Both the position numbers and the translations under genes were made by a program. 64,000 bases of DNA from Acidobacteriota bacterium (GTDB taxonomy: Bacteria; Acidobacteriota; Thermoanaerobaculia; UBA5066; Gp7-AA6): assembly GCA_039931865.1 (NCBI GenBank), contig JBDTRB010000004.1, forward strand, positions 1,441 through 65,440, written 5' to 3'. Positions 59,401-64,000 of this stretch are shown here, in pieces; within the stretch, counting starts at the first letter, position 1; each line of letters starts with the position of its first letter. A model generated the notes under the pieces. It did no database searches, had not been told where the DNA came from, and saw nothing but the letters and a program-made list of their open reading frames with translations.

Positions 59401-62215
59401 GGTCCAGGACGAGGTGCGCCTTCGCCGCGGGCGTCCATTCGAGCAGGTGGCGACGCGTGACCGCCATGCGAAAGATGGTGCGGAGGATCGCGTCCGAAAA
59501 AATCCACGCCTGGTGGGCGAGGAACGTCACTCGAAGGGCCGTCTGACCGCCCCACTGCAGGACGTCCTCCCCCAGACCGCGCAGAAAACTGCGCTTGGCG
59601 ATGCCGCGGCGGCGGGGCATCAGCTCCGCGAGGAAACCGAGGACGCCGGGCAGCGCGATCGTCCCGAGAACGAAGGCCGCCCAGACGAGGGGCCTCGCGC
59701 CGCGCGCGAACCAGCTCGTGATCAGCAGCGCAACGGCGGCGGGAGCGAACAGCGAACGTCGCAGGTTGTCGAGAATTTTCCAGCGCGCGATCCCCGGAAG
59801 TGGATTCGGCACACGCCGCCATCGCGCGTCGGGCACGCGGCCTCGGAGCCAGGGAAGGAGCTGCCAGTCGCCGCGCGTCCAGCGATGCTGGCGTGACGCA
59901 GCCACCTCGTAGTGTCCGGGAAACTCTTCGAACAGGAGGATGTCCGAGACGAGTCCGGCGCGGGCAAAGAGTCCTTCAAAGAGGTCGTGAGAGAGGAGCG
60001 CGTTCTCAGGAACCCGGTTCGAAAGGGCGCGCTCGAACGCGTCGACGTCGTAAATGCCTTTGCCGGTGTAGATGCCCTCAGCGAACAGGTCCTGGTACAG
60101 GTCGGAGACCGCGAACGCGTAAGGATCGATCCCCCGCGGCCCGGAAAAGAGCCGCTGATAGAGGGTGCCGCCGCCCACGGCGGGCAGCATCGGGGTGACC
60201 CCCGGCTGCAGAACGCCGTACCCGTCGATGACGCGGCCGGTTTTGGGATCGAACGCCGGCTCGTTCAACGGATGGGCCATCGTCCCCGCGAGCCACGCCA
60301 CGTCGTCGCGGGCGAGGCGCGTGTCGGCGTCGAGTGTCACCACGTAGCGCACCCGGTCGGGCGCCTGCACGGTCCTGGCGTCTGCGCCGTTCGGGAGGAA
60401 CGTCGTATCGCGCGCCCCTCCGAGAAGCCGGTTCAGCTCGTGGAGCTTGCCCCGCTTTCTCTCCCATCCCATCCAGACCCCTTCCGAGGCATTCCGGACG
60501 CGCTTTCTGTGGAGGAGGTAAAACCGGGGCAGGCCGGCCGGGCCCGGTCCGTAGCGCGCGTTCAGGTCCGCCATGGCGGAGAGCCCGGACACGAGGAGTG
60601 CCTCGTCCCCTTCTCCGATCTCGTCAGGAGAGTCCTCCCAGTCGGAGAGCAGAGCGAAGAAAACCTCCCCTTCTCCGTTGCCCAGGTAGTGCACCTCGAG
60701 CCGCTCGATCGCCTCGAGAATCTCCGACTCGTCCGTGAGCAGCACGGGGACGGCCACCAGCGTTCGTGCCTCAACCGGGACTCCGCGCAGAAACTCGAGC
60801 TTGGGAAGGCGCCGCGGTCCCAGGATCTCCGTGACGTCCCGGTTCACGACCGAGATCGCCAGCTCCGAAGCAGGAACGAGCGCGAGGAGTGCGAGGAGCC
60901 AGAGAGTGGAGACCGGAACGGAGCCGAAACCCGTGATCAGAAGGGGTAGCGCGGCAATGACCGCGGTGAGCAGGAGGACGGTTCCGAGATAACCGGGGGT
61001 CGCCCACCGGACGAAGGCGCGGCGGATCTTCTGCGCGAACGGGACCGTGCAGCCGAGCTCATTTTCGAACGCCTCGCGCCCCGAAGAGATCAGGAAATGC
61101 CCGGGGTCGCGGAAGCGCGCCGGGGGTTCCGGATCCCGCGGTGCCAGCGCATGCGCCGTCGCGCGGCGCGCGACCTCGGTTTCCGAAAATTCGCTCGTCT
61201 TCGCGAGCTCCTCGACCGCGTGCCGGTAGCGGTCGCGAGTCGCGAAATCCATCTCGGCGACGCGCGTGCCTTCCTGGAGCACCGCCTGCACGATGCTGAC
61301 GCTCTCGAAGAACGCGTTCCAGTCGACGGCGGAGAGAAGCCGCATCGTCGTGATCACGTTCCGGACGCTGACGTGCGTTGCGACCTGCGCCTGCTGCTCG
61401 AGCCGCACGAGCTCGTCCGCGTTCAGTCCTTCGGAAGACAACCTCCGGTCGAGCCACTGGAGCGCGGGCGTGACCGCGGGGTCCTGTTCTCTCAGGCGTG
61501 AAAGGAGCCGCACGGCAAATTCCCGCCGAAGCGGGACGCGGTCGAGAGCCGCGAGGCGCGACGCCGCGCTCGGTGCCGAGGGGGAAGACGCGGTCCCGAC
61601 GAGAAACGCGTCGGCAAGGAGGTCGGCCTTTTCCCGCGCGCCATGGCGCTCGTCCATCTCTTCGATCAGGCGGCGAAGGTTCTCGACCAAAACGAGCCGC
61701 AGCGAGATCGCGATTGCCCAGAGTTCGCCGATCTTCAGCGTCTGGACGCGCTGATAAGCCGCGATGAAGCGGCGGAGCGTCTCGATCTCGAAATAGCTGT
61801 CGGTGTGCGCGATGAAAGCCCACGCGATCGTGAAAACGCGCGGAAAGCCGGCGAAGGGACCCGTCCCGAGCTTCGGCAGCTCCGAATAAAACCCGGACGG
61901 GAGGTCCTGACGGATCTCCCGGATCTGCTCTTCGACGAGGTGAAAATTGTCGACGAGCCACTCGGCCGCTGGCGTGATCCCGCCCTCGCGCCGCATCGAG
62001 TCGGCAATCGCGCGGTAAGAGGTCAGAAGGACGCGGCTGTTCTCCTCGAGCCGCTTCAGAACGCCGCGTCCCTTACGCTTTCCGGGCAGGACGGAATGAG
62101 AGGCCGCCAGCGCTTCCGCGAACTGCTCGAGCCTCTCGGTGGAAAAAATCTCCGCCCGGATGGGCGCCGCCGAGTCAGGAGTCGGGCCGTCGGTCTCCTT
62201 CCCGGACGCGATCAT
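53486..62215 (-). CDS. ndvB: Cyclic beta-1,2-glucan synthase homologue (NdvB/ChvB/Cgs type: N-terminal membrane-embedded GT84 glycosyltransferase + C-terminal GH94 phosphorylase-like region)
   Basis: A single 2909-aa ORF, a size characteristic of this family. The N-terminus has 'AAEWLVDNFHLVEEQIREIRQDLP', and a multi-TM block is followed by a GT region ('YVVTLDADT', 'RW.RGDWQ'). The C-terminal GH94-like segments include 'QFPEGDVLHWWH' and 'GTGDWNDGMN'. Confidence 0.9.
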   Translation of the reverse strand: MIASGKETDGPTPDSAAPIRAEIFSTERLEQFAEALAASHSVLPGKRKGRGVLKRLEENSRVLLTSYRAIADSMRREGGITPAAEWLVDNFHLVEEQIREIRQDLPSGFYSELPKLGTGPFAGFPRVFTIAWAFIAHTDSYFEIETLRRFIAAYQRVQTLKIGELWAIAISLRLVLVENLRRLIEEMDERHGAREKADLLADAFLVGTASSPSAPSAASRLAALDRVPLRREFAVRLLSRLREQDPAVTPALQWLDRRLSSEGLNADELVRLEQQAQVATHVSVRNVITTMRLLSAVDWNAFFESVSIVQAVLQEGTRVAEMDFATRDRYRHAVEELAKTSEFSETEVARRATAHALAPRDPEPPARFRDPGHFLISSGREAFENELGCTVPFAQKIRRAFVRWATPGYLGTVLLLTAVIAALPLLITGFGSVPVSTLWLLALLALVPASELAISVVNRDVTEILGPRRLPKLEFLRGVPVEARTLVAVPVLLTDESEILEAIERLEVHYLGNGEGEVFFALLSDWEDSPDEIGEGDEALLVSGLSAMADLNARYGPGPAGLPRFYLLHRKRVRNASEGVWMGWERKRGKLHELNRLLGGARDTTFLPNGADARTVQAPDRVRYVVTLDADTRLARDDVAWLAGTMAHPLNEPAFDPKTGRVIDGYGVLQPGVTPMLPAVGGGTLYQRLFSGPRGIDPYAFAVSDLYQDLFAEGIYTGKGIYDVDAFERALSNRVPENALLSHDLFEGLFARAGLVSDILLFEEFPGHYEVAASRQHRWTRGDWQLLPWLRGRVPDARWRRVPNPLPGIARWKILDNLRRSLFAPAAVALLITSWFARGARPLVWAAFVLGTIALPGVLGFLAELMPRRRGIAKRSFLRGLGEDVLQWGGQTALRVTFLAHQAWIFSDAILRTIFRMAVTRRHLLEWTPAAKAHLVLDLKVSGFYRRMAGAVAIACASLLVPWMPPSAVPWALGFGLLWALSPFIARSVSLPPRVIEEAPLSAEDEAALRLVARRTWRYFEDFAGPEENFLPADNFQETPAPIVARRTSPTNIGLGLLSTAAAADFEWLGSLDMDERLQKAVSTLEKLERHRGHFFNWYDVATLAPLEPRYVSTVDSGNLAGFLIALRHACLSRRERPLWPAEGLLGVSDSIALLRESMEGLTSRREGAVTRRQLESPVAELSALLAPAPAPASASEWLTRWETLSRHADTLVDTAQALALEEPGPVTNEAIDWARSARATIASGRRDATALYGWAETSTGDLAEPARAILAGLEGEEISLAAAGDRYETAALALRELADRSPGLVSRIASLERCADAARTLAQSFLDTAREASRFFDEMDFGFLFDPERKLFSIGYRAGDGRLDPGYYDLLASEARLASFLAIARGDVPASHWYRLGRSLTPVGKGSALISWSGSMFEYLMPDLVLDVPAGSLLDQTSRLVVARQIRFGEERGVPWGVSEAAYNARDLDFTYQYSNFGVSGLGLKRGLSEDLVVAPYATGLAAMVDPSAAAKNFRRFAEIGARGRYGFYESIDATPSRLPAGERLAIVRAFMAHHQGMTIVALANVLLGGVMRQRFHSEPAVQATEMLLQERTPRAVAVARPRAEEVHSPLHVRDFVPPVLRRFRSPHDPVPRGHILSNGRYSVMTTAAGSGYSRWKDRDISRWREDVTRDDWGTYFFLRDTQSLRVWSAGYQPSGVEADSYETVFYEDRVEIQRRDGPIATALLIVVSPEADVEVRQLSLTNYGPRPREIEVTSYLELALASPAGDSSHPAFSKLFVQTEFLPGPEALLAHRRPREASEPPIWAAHAARVEGETVGTLEYETDRARFLGRGRTIRNPASLEAGRLLSNTTGPVLDPVFSLRRRVLIRPGETARIQYVTLAADSRQEAIGLVDKYREGAAFDRTTMLAWTQAQIQLRHLAITPDEAHLFQRLATRLIYFDPSLRAPGEVLARNRKGKSGLWRHGISGDHPLVLLRIDSEDDQDIVRQLLRAHEYFRLKRLVVDLVVINEQATSYGEDLQGALEAVVRTRQRVSGEAGDQGGIFVLRGDRLTDEDRDVLLTAARVVLLSRHGSLSEQIVRLLRATPPPPPPRAIPMRRVAAETPPSQQGLEFFNGLGGFDQDGREYVTILGERQWTPAPWINVIANPNFGFLVSDSGSGYTWAGNSRENQLTPWSNDPVSDPPGEAILVRDEETGEVFGATALPVRDDAPYVARHGQGYSRFEHEVSGLRLELLQFVPVDESVKISRLTLENRSGEPRSLSVNAYVEWTLGNSRSAMAPFIVTERDAETGALMARNAWNEDFQGVAFADLGDSVSGWTTDRTEFLGRNGRLETAAGLARGARLSGRVGAGFDPCAALQTKLRLAPGEKRTVVFLLGHAADPAAARSLVQRFRSDRIDTAFAAVQRQWDDVLGALRVSTPDRSMDLMLNRWLLYQTLACRVWGRSAFYQAGGAFGFRDQLQDVLALTVSRRDLTREQILRAAAKQFPEGDVLHWWHVPSGKGVRTRMSDDRIWLPYCVVHYLDVTEDRAILDERLPFLKGAPLAPEELERFFQPEISPEDGSLYEHCARALDVSLAVGEHGLPLMGTGDWNDGMNRIGEHGKGESVWLGWFLHTALWEFISIAEQRGETERAERWRSSVAGLKKALESAGWDGNWYRRAYFDDGTPVGSAANDECRIDSIAQSWAAISGAGDPDRVRRAMAAVEEYLVRRGDGLVLLFTPPFDKTAADPGYIKGYLPGVRENGGQYTHAALWCVIAFAALGEGDKATELFSILNPINHASTRAGLHRYKVEPYVAAADVYNEVPHIGRGGWTWYTGSAGWMYRAGVEWILGFRLRGASLHLDPCIPRSWEGFEIAFRYHSARYELSVQNPNGATRGILSVEIDGAMLPKGRREIPLVDDGREHRIRVVMG

Positions 62216-62367
62216 CGGACCCCGATCGGAAAACTGCCCCGGGAAATCCGACCGAGGCCGAAACGCCCGGAGAGGTGACGAAAAGAGAGGCGGGAACCCG
62301 ATGGAAAGGCCAAGTCGGCGATTCTAATGCGGGCAGAACCAGCGGCATCAGCTCCGCGCAGTCAGCG

Positions 62368-62548
62368 GCCCCTCGCCCCCGGCGCGCGGGAAGAGGGAGT
62401 CGAATGGTAGCGAGGCCGCGCTTTTGCCAACCTGGCAGCGAACGAAGGGGCCAGCCGGGCGGTCGAGCCAACAGGCGAGCCGCCCGGCGGTGCCGTTCGC
62501 CCGCGGCGAACGGCAGGCCCCGTAGTGAGCGGAGGCGACGGTTGGGCA
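62368..62548 (+). repeat. Hairpin-array repeat family, diverged copy D (lacks hairpin 1)
   Basis: Degenerate C-tract/GGAAGAGGGA module at 62368-62399. Hairpin 2 GCCGGGCGG/CCGCCCGGC at 62454-62488. Hairpin 3 TGCCGTTCGCC/GGCGAACGGCA at 62491-62515. Conserved tail AGTGAGCGGAGGCGACGG at 62524-62541, 31 nt before the ATG at 62572. Confidence 0.6.
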
Positions 62549-62571
62549 CCGTTCTTGCGGACCCGACCCTC

Positions 62572-63591
62572 ATGCCGCGACTAGTCCGCTTCCTGATTTG
62601 TCTCCTTATCGCCTTCGAAGCCGTTCCCGGAACGGCGAGCCCGCGCCGAAAACCTGCTCGAAAGACGCGCGCCACGCAGAAAGCCAGGCCGCGCCTCGAC
62701 GCCGCCACGGTGAACGACCCCGCGCTCGCGAAACCGGTCGGACCCGGCGCCAGCGGCGCATCGGTGCTGCGCGCGCAGGTTCTTCTGGCACGCGCGCACT
62801 TCTCCTCCGGTGAAATCGACTCGAAGTACGGAAGCACTCTGAAGAAGACGATCGCGGCTTTTCAGAAGTCCAAAAGCCTTCCCGAATCCGGTGTCGTGGA
62901 CGCCGCGACCTGGGCCGCTCTGAATACCGATCCGGCGCCGGTTCTCATCGAGGCGCCGATCGCGCCCGAAGACGTGGCGGGGCCCTTTCAGCCGATCCCG
63001 CAGGACATGGCGGAGAAAGCGAAGCTTCCCGCGATGGGATTCGCGTCGCCGCTCGAAGCACTCGCCGAGAAATATCATTCGAGCCCGGAGCTTTTGAAGG
63101 CTTTGAATCCCGCGGCTGACTTCGCCGAGGCGGGGCAAGGACTCACGGTCCCCGCCCTCGCCACGTCAATCCCGGGGAAGGCCGCCCGCGTCCGCGTCTC
63201 GAAAGACGAGCGTTCGGTGAGCGCGTACGACGACCAGGGACGGATCCTCTCCTGGTATCCGGCCACGATCGGCAGCGAGCACGACCCGCTTCCTCTCGGG
63301 GAGTGGAAAATCCAGGGTGTCTCGCGAAATCCCCGCTTTCGCTACAACCCCGCTCTCTTCTGGGACGCCCGCCCGGGTGAGGACAAGGAATGGATCCCAG
63401 CCGGACCGAACAATCCGGTCGGAGTCGCCTGGATCGACCTTTCGAAGCCGCACTACGGCATCCACGGGACCCCCGAGCCGGGGCGCATTGGGAAGTCGGA
63501 ATCTCACGGCTGCATCCGGCTGACAAACTGGGACGTGTGGGAGCTCCAGCAGATGGTTTCTCCGGGAACGCCGGCAGTTCTCGAGAACTGA
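62572..63591 (+). CDS. L,D-transpeptidase (YkuD domain) with a PG_binding_1 domain, exported
   Basis: ORF 62275..63591 trimmed to ATG 62572, because the upstream part reads through repeat D. It has the signal 'MPRLVRFLICLLIAFEAVPGTA', the PG-binding 'YGSTLKKTIAAFQKSKSLPESGVVDAATWAAL' and the catalytic 'HGTPEPGRIGKSESHGCIRLTN'. Confidence 0.9.
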   Translation: MPRLVRFLICLLIAFEAVPGTASPRRKPARKTRATQKARPRLDAATVNDPALAKPVGPGASGASVLRAQVLLARAHFSSGEIDSKYGSTLKKTIAAFQKSKSLPESGVVDAATWAALNTDPAPVLIEAPIAPEDVAGPFQPIPQDMAEKAKLPAMGFASPLEALAEKYHSSPELLKALNPAADFAEAGQGLTVPALATSIPGKAARVRVSKDERSVSAYDDQGRILSWYPATIGSEHDPLPLGEWKIQGVSRNPRFRYNPALFWDARPGEDKEWIPAGPNNPVGVAWIDLSKPHYGIHGTPEPGRIGKSESHGCIRLTNWDVWELQQMVSPGTPAVLEN

Positions 63592-63593
63592 CG

Positions 63594-64000
63594 TTGAAGG
63601 CTCGCGCGGGGCTCATCTTTCTCGCCGGATTCGTCGCGGGAGCGCTCGTCTTTTACTCGATCGCGTGGCGGACCGGAGCGCTCGCACCCGGTCACTGGCT
63701 CTCTCGAACAACGCGCGACTTCGCGAGCTCCGCCGCCGCGAACGAGCCCTCTTCGGCTACGGCGCGCCTCCCGACGATCCCCTTTCCCACGCCCACCCTC
63801 CCCGCCGCGTCGGTTGAGACGGGAGCCGCGGTTCCGTCCGGCGCCGCGGCGTCCGCGGTCCCGGCGTTTCCTGCGACGATCCCGCTTCCCGTCGAAACGC
63901 CGGGTCCCGCCGCGCCCGCGCCCATTGCGGGAGCGCTCGCCGTCTTCGACCTCGGACGTCTCCTTCTGCCGGTGCAGGGCGCCCACATCGCGAACCTCAA
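63594..64000 (+). CDS. Probable M23 family metallopeptidase, N-terminal fragment (runs off the window)
   Basis: This ORF is not in the track because it is open-ended. From TTG 63594 I read MKARAGLIFLAGFVAGALVFYSIAW (a TM), then a Pro/Ala-rich linker, then 'LLLPVQGAHIANL'. That last segment resembles the start of the M23 catalytic domain. Confidence 0.5.
   Translation, partial: MKARAGLIFLAGFVAGALVFYSIAWRTGALAPGHWLSRTTRDFASSAAANEPSSATARLPTIPFPTPTLPAASVETGAAVPSGAAASAVPAFPATIPLPVETPGPAAPAPIAGALAVFDLGRLLLPVQGAHIANL

Overview
GC-rich bacterial chromosomal segment, roughly two-thirds G+C by eye. The gene content resembles Acidobacteriota, but this is inference only; it rests on a Ser/Thr kinase-TolB fusion, a CarboxypepD_reg-type TonB receptor and many exported peptidases. 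I support about 50 protein-coding genes. They include housekeeping genes (gltA, dinB, kup, a fused E1 alpha/beta 2-oxoacid dehydrogenase and an ABC1 kinase), an ECF sigma/anti-sigma/DUF4097 operon, and a dense run of exported peptidases (M48, M2/ACE-like, DUF885, S9, M55). There is also a protealysin-like M4 protease with an emfourin-like inhibitor gene, and a 2909-aa cyclic beta-1,2-glucan synthase homologue flanked by sortase, L,D-transpeptidase and M23 genes. I recognised no rRNA, tRNA, CRISPR array, transposase, integrase or known defence system. The least explained content is non-coding. (1) A composite hairpin-array repeat of about 250-280 nt occurs in 4 copies, always in sense orientation to neighbouring genes, and its stems carry compensatory changes between copies. 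(2) A second repeat family occurs in 5 copies, each immediately 3' of a stop codon in sense orientation; it combines a CCGCGG hairpin with a (GGGAATC)n heptamer microsatellite that matches the G-quadruplex motif. (3) Further heptamer-periodic and G4-type blocks lie in other intergenic regions. Limits: function calls come from motif recognition by eye, and no database search or structure prediction was run. CDS ends follow the supplied ORF track, with starts re-chosen where the longest ORF ran into an upstream gene or a repeat. My hand base-counting disagreed with the ORF track by 1 nt at several places (noted around 9780 and 11760-11820), so hand-counted coordinates of non-coding features and of re-chosen start codons may be off by 1-2 nt. 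Most long ORFs in the track are antisense or shadow frames typical of high-GC DNA and were not called.
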